Virus record (IMG/VR): IMGVR_UViG_3300010965_000002
Span: 32,001 to 96,000 of that record
Source: a virus
Reading direction: 5' to 3' (one strand)
DNA length: 64,000 nucleotides
In this document: piece by piece, positions 45,132-54,443 of the stretch
Position numbering within the stretch: position 1 is the first letter of the stretch
Layout: every line of letters begins with the position of its first letter
The notes under the pieces: generated by a model
The model's input: only the letters and a program-made list of their open reading frames with translations
The model's database searches: none
What the model was told of the DNA's origin: nothing
Program-made: the position numbers and the translations under genes

Positions 45132-45188
45132 AATTTCTCCAAACAAGATATTTACAGTTAAAACTCCAAGAGTACAAAAAGGATTGAT

Positions 45189-46223
45189 ATGTCAGGAATG
45201 TTAGACGTAACGCACCAATCAGACCGCCCACAAGATTACAAAGACCAGGTGTTCGTTGGTCGTGTGGTTGTCAATGACGACATCAAAAAGTTCCACCGCA
45301 TCAAGGTAGAGATACCTGACATGTGGGAACAGTTCAAGCAGTGTGAATTGCCGTGGTGTACACCTGGATTCATACCTGGTGGCTGCGGCCCAACTGAATA
45401 CTCACAGAACATTCCTGAGACTGGAAGTTTTGTGTACGTTACTTTCCAGAACGGTGACAACCACTTCCCAATTTACTGGGGTGGTGTTCGTGACTACCAG
45501 ACAATGAAAGGAGTGTTGGACGAAAACTACCCTCACCGCATTGGCTGGCAAGTCAATTCCTACAAAGAAGTTCACAGCGGTGACGAACGCAAGCGTAAGC
45601 ACGATAGTAAAGAACCACCGGAACCTTATAACCGAGTAGGCCACCACTTCTTCCTTGATCGAAAGACCAACGAACTGGAGTATGAACACGCAACCAAGAC
45701 TCGTGTAAACATTGACCCTAACGGTCGCATGTTTGTTGAAGTACGTGCGCGTGATCTACCTGAAGGCGGCGACTTCATCATGCACACTGACCGCCACTAC
45801 ATACTGGAAGTAAGCAATGCACTGTTTCCAGGACCACCAGGTCACTACTATTGTAATGTGCTTGAGGACTGGTGGGAGACACACGTAGAGACACACGTCC
45901 TGCTTGAAAGTCGTACAGACCGTATGGACTTGCGTGCGCCAAAGGTTATCCGCATTGAGTCTACGGGCGACGACATTGAAATCATTGCGGCCAAGAATGT
46001 GAGCGTGCGTGCAGGTGGTAACGTTACAGTGCACGCAGGTGGTAGCATTACCGCCAGTGCAGGCACATCAATCACGGCTAATGCCGGTACGTCTATTGAC
46101 GCAAATGCACCTGTCATAAATTTGAATGCGCCTGTCGTCAACATTTCTGGTAACTTAAATGTTGCAGGCAATATTGTGGCAGGTGGCACTATTGTGGACA
46201 GTGATGGTGATGGAGGCGCATAA
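45189..46223 (+). CDS. Baseplate central spike (gp5/gpV-like)
   Basis: OB-fold GRVV...D.....RIKV.IP, PETGSFVYVTF.NGD..FPIYWG; C-terminal 8-residue beta repeats (AGGNVTVH/AGTSITAN). Confidence 0.9.
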   Translation: MSGMLDVTHQSDRPQDYKDQVFVGRVVVNDDIKKFHRIKVEIPDMWEQFKQCELPWCTPGFIPGGCGPTEYSQNIPETGSFVYVTFQNGDNHFPIYWGGVRDYQTMKGVLDENYPHRIGWQVNSYKEVHSGDERKRKHDSKEPPEPYNRVGHHFFLDRKTNELEYEHATKTRVNIDPNGRMFVEVRARDLPEGGDFIMHTDRHYILEVSNALFPGPPGHYYCNVLEDWWETHVETHVLLESRTDRMDLRAPKVIRIESTGDDIEIIAAKNVSVRAGGNVTVHAGGSITASAGTSITANAGTSIDANAPVINLNAPVVNISGNLNVAGNIVAGGTIVDSDGDGGA

Positions 46224-46618
46224 TGGCAGCTATTAACTACGAAGAAATTGTGTGGGTCGATGTCAACTCTAATTTTGGAGAAGACGTAGACCCTGAGCTT
46301 GTTATCGACATTGCTGCTATAAACAACTCGTTGTTCAACCTGTTCAACTGTCCAGTGGGCAGTAGACCATTTGAGCGCGAGTATGGCAGTGATCTAATCA
46401 AGGCCGTGTTTGAGCCTACCGATAGCAAGACTGCTGACTTCATTGACCTGAGTTTGTTTCAGGCAATCCAGCGTTGGGAGCCGCGCATCAAGCTCGACCG
46501 TTCACAGAGTTACGTTACCGCAACACCTGAGGGTGACGGTTTTAACGTCAACATATCGTACACAGTGTTGAGGACGCAGTTGACTGCCAACTATGCGTTC
46601 ACCATCAGGAGAATTTAA
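46223..46618 (+). CDS. Baseplate wedge gp25/gpW-like protein
   Basis: GSRPFEREYGSDL...FEP, AIQRWEPRI. Confidence 0.9.
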   Translation: MAAINYEEIVWVDVNSNFGEDVDPELVIDIAAINNSLFNLFNCPVGSRPFEREYGSDLIKAVFEPTDSKTADFIDLSLFQAIQRWEPRIKLDRSQSYVTATPEGDGFNVNISYTVLRTQLTANYAFTIRRI

Positions 46619-48330
46619 TGCAACTTAGCCTTGTACAGCCCGATTTTGAAAGTATCCGCACGCAACTGGAAGCCACCCTCGGCAACTACAGTGCTTGGCG
46701 CGATCTATTGCCTACTGGCACGGGCCGAACTCTTACAGATTGGATTTCGGCTGTAGGGGCTAACGACCAGTACGCGATTGAACATGCCTTTCGTGAAAGT
46801 TTCCGTACAGCCCGATTGGACAGCAGCATCTTGGCGCAAGCCATTTTGCTGGGTGTTCGTTTAGCACGTAAGCGTCCGTGCAACGCCAAGGTGCGGCTCT
46901 CAAAGCTGACCTCTGGTACGCTGACCATCCCAGCATTCACACCTTTCACAGCAAACAACAGTGTGCTGTTTAACCGTACAGCCATTACCCTGGTTGAACA
47001 GACGGTTGTTGAAGTGTACCTGTATGAAGGCACTGTTTTCAGTAAGACTCTCAATGGTGACGGTACTGCCTACCAAATGTTTGTTACTGAGGACGATAAA
47101 TTTGTTGTGTCTGACGTTGATGTGTCAGTCCAACTGAATGGCGTTACTCTGGGTCGTACAACCCGCGGCCTGTGGCGCTACGAAAACACCGAAGGCTACC
47201 AAGACACCACAACGCCTACGGGTCAAATGCTGATTACGTTTGGCGGTGAAGGCTATGGTAGTACGCCTGAATCCAGTGACACCATTACGATTAACTACGT
47301 TACGACACGAGGCACCCTCGGTCAAAATGCTGCGTTAGTCGGTGAGAACATTGTCTGCACTACGTACCGTGAAGTTACTGGTGTAGCTCAAACAGGCTTG
47401 AGCGGTGGCGGTGACGAAAAGCAAACAGTGTTCTACAGAAAGCTGGGGCCTCAGCTATTTGCATCACGTGAAGGTGCTACAACCGAGGAAGAGTACAGCG
47501 CGGTTGCGGCATCGTATCCAGGCGTGATCGACGCCAAAGTTCTGGGTCAACGAAACATTGCACCTGCTGATGTACGCTGGATGAACATGGTTCAAGTGTC
47601 CTTGTTGACACCAACACCGTGGAGCGGCCCTCAATGGGATGCTTTTGACGAATGGTTCCGTGCGCGTAGCATGTATCCTGTGCGCTTGTATCGCAAAGAC
47701 CCAGCGCCTGTGACCATCAACGTTGCAGCAAAGGTTTTCTGTCAAGGACGTGCTGATCTGGCGGCTGTGAAGGCTACGATTGAGGCTCAAATTCGCAAAC
47801 TGTTTGAACCTCGTCCAGGTCTGATCGACAACAACATCTACCTGAGCGACATCCATGCAGCCATCAAAGGCAGCGAAAGCGCCGTGGAATACGCTGACTT
47901 GGATTTCCCGACAACTGACGTAATTGTTGCGGTGCGCTCACCTGCACCTATTGCATTATCAAGCGTTGTGGGTACCTTGGCAGCAGGTCAATACAGCTTT
48001 GCGGTTACAGCAGTAACGCCATTAGGCGAGACATTGGCAACTAATTTTACCAGCATAGTGGTTACGGCTGGTAAGGGCGTAAAAATTGACTGGCCTGCTG
48101 TAGACCAAGCAACCTCGTATAACATTTACGGTCGTACACCATTGAATCTTGGCTTGATAGGCTCTGTGCCTGCAGGCACTTTGACGTTTACGGACGATGG
48201 AAGCGCGGTACCTGTTACTGGTCTGCCTCTGGTTAACGGAGCAGGCCATCGTTATCCAAAGCTGGGTATCTTGACAGTGACAACGCAGTACACGAACCGT
48301 AACTTCTACAACTTGGGGAGCCTGCGGTGA
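46618..48330 (+). CDS. Baseplate wedge gp6/gpJ-like protein with C-terminal Fn3-like domain
   Basis: PDFESIR..L, ARLDSSI...A..LG, Y..T.G..G, GG.D, R..T..EY. Confidence 0.88.
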   Translation: MQLSLVQPDFESIRTQLEATLGNYSAWRDLLPTGTGRTLTDWISAVGANDQYAIEHAFRESFRTARLDSSILAQAILLGVRLARKRPCNAKVRLSKLTSGTLTIPAFTPFTANNSVLFNRTAITLVEQTVVEVYLYEGTVFSKTLNGDGTAYQMFVTEDDKFVVSDVDVSVQLNGVTLGRTTRGLWRYENTEGYQDTTTPTGQMLITFGGEGYGSTPESSDTITINYVTTRGTLGQNAALVGENIVCTTYREVTGVAQTGLSGGGDEKQTVFYRKLGPQLFASREGATTEEEYSAVAASYPGVIDAKVLGQRNIAPADVRWMNMVQVSLLTPTPWSGPQWDAFDEWFRARSMYPVRLYRKDPAPVTINVAAKVFCQGRADLAAVKATIEAQIRKLFEPRPGLIDNNIYLSDIHAAIKGSESAVEYADLDFPTTDVIVAVRSPAPIALSSVVGTLAAGQYSFAVTAVTPLGETLATNFTSIVVTAGKGVKIDWPAVDQATSYNIYGRTPLNLGLIGSVPAGTLTFTDDGSAVPVTGLPLVNGAGHRYPKLGILTVTTQYTNRNFYNLGSLR

Positions 48331-49001
48331 GAGATAGACTACTAGCTAGTCATCTTGAGCAGTTTCCTGTCTGGGCGAATCTAGCTGAATCGCTCAACAC
48401 AGTATGGGCTCAACTTGGCATTGACGATGCGATTGAGCAACTGAAATGGTTGCGCAGTCCCATAAACACAAAGGACGTCGTTATCAAAGACGGTGGCTCT
48501 CTGATACCGCTGGCTAACATGCCTCAGCAAGATCGTACCTCACTGGTGCTTACGGCTGACATGCTAGGCTTTCGGTATTACGAAACCAGCTTGCTGGATA
48601 CCGGCGATTACCTCAAGCTGTGCCGACATCTGGCGGAATACTACAGCAATGACAAAGGTACTCCTGCGTGGACTGACTTTTTGGGCTGGTGTTTGGACGC
48701 ACACTTCGCGGTGTACCAAACGTGGACTCAAGATTACACCACCTTTCTTCTAGAAGGTGACCCTGCCATTGGATTGTCGATTGACAAAGGTGGTACATGG
48801 TATGCAACAACACACGTTGTTCTGGAATACGATCAAACACGGTTTGCAGGCGTCGAGCCTAACCAGTTGGTCGAGTTCTTTAACTATTTTGCTAACGTGA
48901 ACCTTGTGCTGTGGATGACACAGTTAGGCGGTACAGAAACCATTTCAATGGAAGCCGCTATGCTTGGTTCTTTAGAATGCACCTATCCGGGAGCATTCTA
49001 G
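48327..49001 (+). CDS. Baseplate wedge protein (gpI-like)
   Basis: GTGA overlap; L..LA..LGF, Y...KGT pattern. Confidence 0.65.
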   Translation: MRDRLLASHLEQFPVWANLAESLNTVWAQLGIDDAIEQLKWLRSPINTKDVVIKDGGSLIPLANMPQQDRTSLVLTADMLGFRYYETSLLDTGDYLKLCRHLAEYYSNDKGTPAWTDFLGWCLDAHFAVYQTWTQDYTTFLLEGDPAIGLSIDKGGTWYATTHVVLEYDQTRFAGVEPNQLVEFFNYFANVNLVLWMTQLGGTETISMEAAMLGSLECTYPGAF

Positions 49002-49018
49002 CGTACTAGAGGCCTTCT

Positions 49019-49399
49019 ATGATAAGTAGCTTTTGTCGTGGCGATGTCCACTACGCAGAAAGAGAAGGGCTAGGTTCGTTATCAGCGGATACCTCGTGTA
49101 GAAACTGTGGTTGCGCCTTACCTAAAAGTTTGGTGATAACAAGCGTACCTCGTTTGCCAGTACCTACGATTACAGGAATTTACGCGACAGTTCCGATTAT
49201 AACCTGTGCTATCCTTATGGAAGACGGCACAGACATACTATTGGAAACTGGTGACAGCTTCATTCACCTTGAGCAATGCGGCGTACCGACTCCTCCACCC
49301 GAGAATATCATTCTCATGGAAGACGGAACACCAATACTGCAAGAGGCTGATGGTAGCTTCATATTCGTAGAGACAGGTGCTCCTCCACTTACTGAGTAA
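49019..49399 (+). CDS. Hypothetical tail-associated protein
   Basis: Two copies of ILMEDGT.IL.E..G; no clear RBS. Confidence 0.5.
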   Translation: MISSFCRGDVHYAEREGLGSLSADTSCRNCGCALPKSLVITSVPRLPVPTITGIYATVPIITCAILMEDGTDILLETGDSFIHLEQCGVPTPPPENIILMEDGTPILQEADGSFIFVETGAPPLTE

Positions 49400-49437
49400 A
49401 AACTGGTTTGATCGAAATTTAATTTAAGGACTGAAAA

Positions 49438-50973
49438 ATGAACACTGTGTTTACTACAGCCGTTACGACAATTCCCACCGCGTGGGCCAATGATGTCAAT
49501 CGTGTTGTTTACGACGTACTCGGTGCGCCTGCAACTCTGGCGCAACTCCAAGCAGCACTGGGTCTTGGCCCGTTGCTAAACGGTGGGGCTTTAATCACTG
49601 TCAACGGTAGTGTTGATGGTAGCCCGATCGGTTCCAATCAACCAAGTACCGGCGTGTTCACGCGTGTACAAGTGGTAGGTAGCAACTCCGGGCTGACAGA
49701 CGTTGTGACTCATGCGCAACTGAACTCGGCGGTTGTCGGCGCTACAGGCATGATCGAAAACATGGCCTACCAAGACGCAGGTGCTGTGGACATCACTGGC
49801 GGGACACTTGATGCTGTCATTATTGGCAATGCCACACCAGGTCCTGGACGTTTCACAACGCTGAAAGCCAATGACCCAGTTAGTGGTAAGGACGTTGTCA
49901 ACATTCAAACGCTGGATACACGTTGGGCTACGCTGCCTAGCTTTGGCAATATGTGCGGCCAGAACAACACGGCTGTAAACATCGACGGTGGGTACATCGA
50001 CGGTGTTGTGATTGGTGCTACAAACGCTGTTGAAGCACGTTTCACCCGAGTGACAACCAATCAGTTGCTGGGTGGTACTTGCCATGTGTTCATGGATGGT
50101 GCTGCACCAGGTGCTGGACAATACGCGCTGCTGTTCGACATGTTGAGCAACGCTTCACTGGACCTTGGCTTCCGTTTGAAGGCTGGTGCTGCTGTCATTT
50201 TTGATTCTCCTGATGGCACGTTGACGTTCCAAGACGGTCGCCTGTTTGTCAACACGATTGATGACGGTGTTCACGATTTTCAATTAGGTGGTTCTGCACT
50301 GATTGATGACATCTTCCTCGGTAACACTCTGCCTAGCGCCGCAAACTCTGTTGTGTGCAAGCAATGGGTTGATCTGCAAGTTGTCAATGTCACAAACTTG
50401 ATTGCACCTGCAATCGCAGCCGCTGTTTCTGGCCTAGGTAACATCGTTAACCAAGATCAAGATGCGATCAACATCACAGGCGGCGCGATTGATGGTGTTG
50501 TGATTGGTGGTCTTGTTCCTGCACTGGCAACATTCACTCAAGTCAACACTGACATCCTGGTTGGTTCACACGGTTTGATTCGTTTGGACGGTACAGGCGG
50601 CTATGCAAACTCAGCAGTTATCCTCAGCGCCGACGACAACACACGACCCAACATCAGTGTAGTGCCAAATGCGAACGGTGCCTTCGCTGTCATGGCTGGC
50701 GGCGTGCCTGTGCATCGTACACACGTCAATGGTCGTACCGTTATCGGTGCAGGTGGTGAAGACGGTCTGAACACCTTACAAGTGTATGGCGACGCTGTTG
50801 TGCATGGACGCTTCACCTTGGATGGTGGCACTATGACTGGTACAGTGTCTGCTGATCTGGGCGTGACTGCACCTGCACTGTTGAATCCAGACACACCTCA
50901 TTGGGTTCGTGTTCGTGTTAACACCACGGCTGGTCTGCGCGAATGCGTGATGCCAGCTTGGGAAGTTATGTAA
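49438..50973 (+). CDS. Tail fibre-like protein A
   Basis: AAGGA RBS; T.IP..WAN.V...VYDV.G N-terminus; repeated MAYQD...V.ITGG.IDG..IG...P..G.FT.L units. Confidence 0.75.
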   Translation: MNTVFTTAVTTIPTAWANDVNRVVYDVLGAPATLAQLQAALGLGPLLNGGALITVNGSVDGSPIGSNQPSTGVFTRVQVVGSNSGLTDVVTHAQLNSAVVGATGMIENMAYQDAGAVDITGGTLDAVIIGNATPGPGRFTTLKANDPVSGKDVVNIQTLDTRWATLPSFGNMCGQNNTAVNIDGGYIDGVVIGATNAVEARFTRVTTNQLLGGTCHVFMDGAAPGAGQYALLFDMLSNASLDLGFRLKAGAAVIFDSPDGTLTFQDGRLFVNTIDDGVHDFQLGGSALIDDIFLGNTLPSAANSVVCKQWVDLQVVNVTNLIAPAIAAAVSGLGNIVNQDQDAINITGGAIDGVVIGGLVPALATFTQVNTDILVGSHGLIRLDGTGGYANSAVILSADDNTRPNISVVPNANGAFAVMAGGVPVHRTHVNGRTVIGAGGEDGLNTLQVYGDAVVHGRFTLDGGTMTGTVSADLGVTAPALLNPDTPHWVRVRVNTTAGLRECVMPAWEVM

Positions 50974-50979
50974 AGGACA

Positions 50980-51009
50980 GAGCGGATTGGCACACTAACC
51001 AATCCGCTC
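50980..51009 (+). terminator. Stable hairpin after fibre A (terminator or stabiliser)
   Basis: GAGCGGATTGG-CACACTAA-CCAATCCGCTC; no U tract. Confidence 0.45.
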
Positions 51010-51019
51010 CCGTTAGTAT

Positions 51020-51187
51020 ATGCCAGATCAAGACAACACTCTCGCGGCTGGTCTGACTGTAGAACAACGCCTACTTAGGTGCAACAAGTGTACTAGCAAC
51101 AAGCAAGGCTGCTGCACTCACCAAAACAAAGAGATTGACCAGATGATTTTGCTGGTCAAGTCGCTCTGTCCTGAGCAGCGTTGGTAG
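51020..51187 (+). CDS. Small Cys-rich protein (55 aa, not in the ORF track)
   Basis: MPDQDNTLAAGLTVEQRLLRCNKCTSNKQGCCTHQNKEIDQMILLVKSLCPEQRW; no clear RBS. Confidence 0.35.
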   Translation: MPDQDNTLAAGLTVEQRLLRCNKCTSNKQGCCTHQNKEIDQMILLVKSLCPEQRW

Positions 51188-51264
51188 TAGGCACTAATTT
51201 AATTAAGTGCTAGGAAACAAGTCTAGCTATTCTTCAACAATCAACCACAGGTTAAAAGCACACT

Positions 51265-52158
51265 ATGAGTTCACGCTCTTTAGAAGCGCGTAGCGTAGGC
51301 AATGCAGTTAAATGGAGTGAGCTCCTGCTTAACACTTATGGACCTACAACATTGCGCAATTACATTGACGCAAAGGACAGTGCAATGTCCTTGTTGTTTG
51401 ACACCACAGTTGCCTCGATCAACGCCGTTCTGGTTCAACATACAAATGCAATAGACACGCTTACCACCAGTAAGCTAAATCGCACAGGTGATACTGCGCA
51501 CGGTCTTAGTAGCGATGGTTGGTTTACCTCTATTGCCGACACAGGCTGGCGCACTTCTTACGGCAGCGGTTTCACACAATCGAATGCCACACGTTTGGAA
51601 GTAACAGGCTCTGCGATCTTGTCAGCGGGTAATGGTGTCGAAAGCTCACAGTATGTGGCTTTGGTCACGGCCATGCGCTCGGTCTTCCGATTCCAGCAAG
51701 GGTCAGCCGTAACTGACTTCTATCGTGACCCTAACGGTGACGTTGGCTTGGTAGACAGCGTGCTGGGTAGTATCTGGCGTATGGTCGCCTCGACTGGTGA
51801 TCTGGAATTCAACCGCCGTGTCAAACTCAATCTGAGCACCATTCCAGGCAGCGGTAGCTACCTTGGTATTGATGCCAACGGTTATTTGGTGCGCTTGTCT
51901 ACGCCTCCGCCAGTTGGTACTCCTGTTGGAACTCCAGTCGGAACACCCGTTGGTACGCCAGTAGGAACACCTCCAGTCGGTACACCAGTAGGTACTCCTC
52001 CAGTAGGTACTCCTCCGGTTGGAACACCAGTTGGAAGTCCTGTCGGTACGCCGCCGGTTGGAACTCCTCCAGTAGGTACACCAGTTGGTTCACCAGTTGG
52101 TACTCCGCCAGTAGGCACACCACCCGTTGGAACGCCAGTCGGCAGTCCAGTGGGTTGA
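51265..52158 (+). CDS. Tail-fibre-like protein with C-terminal (T/S)P(P)VG repeats
   Basis: LNRTGDT..GL...GWF fibre-like segment; last 84 aa are 19 PVG units. Confidence 0.75.
   Translation: MSSRSLEARSVGNAVKWSELLLNTYGPTTLRNYIDAKDSAMSLLFDTTVASINAVLVQHTNAIDTLTTSKLNRTGDTAHGLSSDGWFTSIADTGWRTSYGSGFTQSNATRLEVTGSAILSAGNGVESSQYVALVTAMRSVFRFQQGSAVTDFYRDPNGDVGLVDSVLGSIWRMVASTGDLEFNRRVKLNLSTIPGSGSYLGIDANGYLVRLSTPPPVGTPVGTPVGTPVGTPVGTPPVGTPVGTPPVGTPPVGTPVGSPVGTPPVGTPPVGTPVGSPVGTPPVGTPPVGTPVGSPVG
51904..52155 (+). repeat. Coding repeat [T/S]P(P)VG x19
   Basis: Perfect at protein level, synonymously diverged at DNA level. Confidence 0.95.
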
Positions 52159-52171
52159 TTAGGAACATATC

Positions 52172-53620
52172 ATGCCAATTGTAAAACCGTACTACATTGA
52201 TACGGTAACCCATATACCAGCCGTCTGGGCCAACGCTGTAAGCGACCTGGTCTACGACGTGTTTGGTTTGGCTGGAACTAAAGCAGGTGCTCGCGCCGCG
52301 TTAGAACTAGGCAGCATGGCGTTACAGAATGCAGACAACATTCAAATCGTTGGCGGTAGCGTCAACAATGTGCCCATCGGTCTTGATGTGCCCATGCAAG
52401 GTCGCTTCACTGTGCTGTCTGTTGAAGTTGACCCTATTTCACCAGAACACGTAGTCAACAAGAGGTATTTGAACCAACGGTTAACAGCCTTCGGTCAAAA
52501 CTACGTACCTTGGACTGGTGGCACCATGACTGGGCCACTGCTGGCTTACGGTGACCCCGTAGGTCCGCTTGAAGTTGTGCCACGTCGTTGGGTTGATTTC
52601 CGAATCTTGGAAACGTTGCAAGACAAGCCTCTGCAACGCTGGCACACAGTAAGCACAGGTCAACCAACGTTTGAATGGACTTCGTTTGTACGGCCTCTGT
52701 ACGTATACCCTGAAAACTTCTTGGTCTACATAGACGGTCAGTTCCAGACGTTGGGTGTGAACTACACTGTTGACGTGACAGACGAGCCCGTGTTCGACTT
52801 TGGAACCTCTGTTGCAGTAGATCGTGAGTTCGACGTTGTTTATCTGAACAACCTGCGTAACTTGATTGCACTGGCACCTCCGTTCATCATTCCGCCAAGT
52901 GGCTTCTCTGCCGGCCCTGGCTGGAGCGACCCGATCAACATGCGTATCAACTATGTGCTGACCAATGCAGGCGAGAACCAAATCTCGTTGTCGCATACTG
53001 TGCTGCGTGAAATGTTTGTGGGCTGCGTTGTTACAACTGGTGCCTTGGTTGATCGTGTGGTTACGTGGTCAACACAATGGTTCCCAGATGCACCGTCGGC
53101 TGCGTTACACCCACCAGCGATGATTGCGGTCAGTGCTACAGAAGCGAAGCTGTCGTTGCCTGAAGGTTTGACTGACCACTACTGGGCTGGCCGTTTGGAA
53201 ATCACCATGCTGGTTGATGGTGTGCCTACTGGCTATCCGCTGTGGATGGACATGACGAACCAAGTGACGCCTGAATATCGTGACGGTCGTGTGCGTTGGG
53301 GTTCAACGGCAGCTCCTGTTATGAGCCCAGACATTGACATCACAAACGTGTTCTCAGGGCCTACTGGAAGTCTGCTTATTCCAGACGGTGACACTACCGC
53401 CGTGCCTATGATGCGTGTAATCGTTGCTACAGCTAACGTACCTAGTGGGGCACTGCTTGAACTGTGGGATGGAGTTACACTGGTTGGTTTGATAGGCCCT
53501 TCGTTAGAAGTCTTGATTCCTGCTGCTGCATTAGGCCCACACGCGTTTACTGCGCGTATCGTCAACGGTTCAAGTGTGACATTGGCTACGTCCAACACTT
53601 GGGACGTTACAGTAGTGTAG
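52172..53620 (+). CDS. Tail fibre-like protein B with C-terminal Ig-like domain
   Basis: Same N-terminal module as fibres A and C; YVPWTGGTMTGPL fibre motif; Ig-like end. Confidence 0.75.
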   Translation: MPIVKPYYIDTVTHIPAVWANAVSDLVYDVFGLAGTKAGARAALELGSMALQNADNIQIVGGSVNNVPIGLDVPMQGRFTVLSVEVDPISPEHVVNKRYLNQRLTAFGQNYVPWTGGTMTGPLLAYGDPVGPLEVVPRRWVDFRILETLQDKPLQRWHTVSTGQPTFEWTSFVRPLYVYPENFLVYIDGQFQTLGVNYTVDVTDEPVFDFGTSVAVDREFDVVYLNNLRNLIALAPPFIIPPSGFSAGPGWSDPINMRINYVLTNAGENQISLSHTVLREMFVGCVVTTGALVDRVVTWSTQWFPDAPSAALHPPAMIAVSATEAKLSLPEGLTDHYWAGRLEITMLVDGVPTGYPLWMDMTNQVTPEYRDGRVRWGSTAAPVMSPDIDITNVFSGPTGSLLIPDGDTTAVPMMRVIVATANVPSGALLELWDGVTLVGLIGPSLEVLIPAAALGPHAFTARIVNGSSVTLATSNTWDVTVV

Positions 53621-53825
53621 CTAAGGCATCCTGGTCTAGCTACCGTATCAACGTAGAGCAACAACTACATAGGCCATTCATTAAAGGGCTAGTTGCACAA
53701 ATCCCTGATGAAAGTTTTAAGCTCATGGAAGCCTGATGCATAATCTAGCTCCATGAGCTACTAGACGCGCTTCTAATAGAAGTCTAAGGCATCCCGATGA
53801 ACAACACATTACTTGGAACACAATC

Positions 53826-54443
53826 ATGAGTCAAAAAATCTCCGCAATGACGGCCCTTACTGTTTTAGCTGGTACTGAATTTGTGCCTGGTATTACAGCG
53901 GATTTGGAAAACGTCAAGATTCCAGTCGGCCTCTTTGCGCCGTCGAAGCTACTTGTGTCATTATTTGGTAACAACATGACAGGCATCTATCCAACAACAC
54001 AGTGGAATGACTGGACGGGTACAGCAGAAGTTACTACGCCTCACGTTGAATGGAGCGAGTACGACAAAGCCCTATTGTTTCATACTGGAGGTGTGTACAA
54101 GATTCGTATCACCACAAAACTGAGTGCGTTTGATTCTTACGTCAATCCTCAGTCACTGCCATTGAATATGTCAGTGGGTACGTTTATGAGCAATGCAACA
54201 ACGGTGCCTGCCGAAATGGAACGTAGTCGTGTAGCTATCACAGGCGATGTTCAAATGGGTTACAACGAAATCAGTCATGGACAATGGACTGACGAATACA
54301 TTGTGCTTGTAGCCTCAACAGAAATGATCTATCCTCAAGTGCATTGGCACCCAATGGACAGCAACAACGGCCAACAACTTGACATCCGTTCGACCATGAT
54401 GGTAGAACTTGTCGAGGCTCGTAACGTACAACTACCTGGCTAA
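53826..54443 (+). CDS. Putative tail/receptor-binding accessory protein
   Basis: MSQKISAMTALT N-terminus typical of fibre-associated proteins; beta-sandwich-like GVYKIRIT. Confidence 0.55.
   Translation: MSQKISAMTALTVLAGTEFVPGITADLENVKIPVGLFAPSKLLVSLFGNNMTGIYPTTQWNDWTGTAEVTTPHVEWSEYDKALLFHTGGVYKIRITTKLSAFDSYVNPQSLPLNMSVGTFMSNATTVPAEMERSRVAITGDVQMGYNEISHGQWTDEYIVLVASTEMIYPQVHWHPMDSNNGQQLDIRSTMMVELVEARNVQLPG

Noticed and set aside
53705-53711. Hammerhead ribozyme core CTGATGA
   Set aside because: No stem II followed by GAAA and no matching stems I/III around a cleavage triplet.
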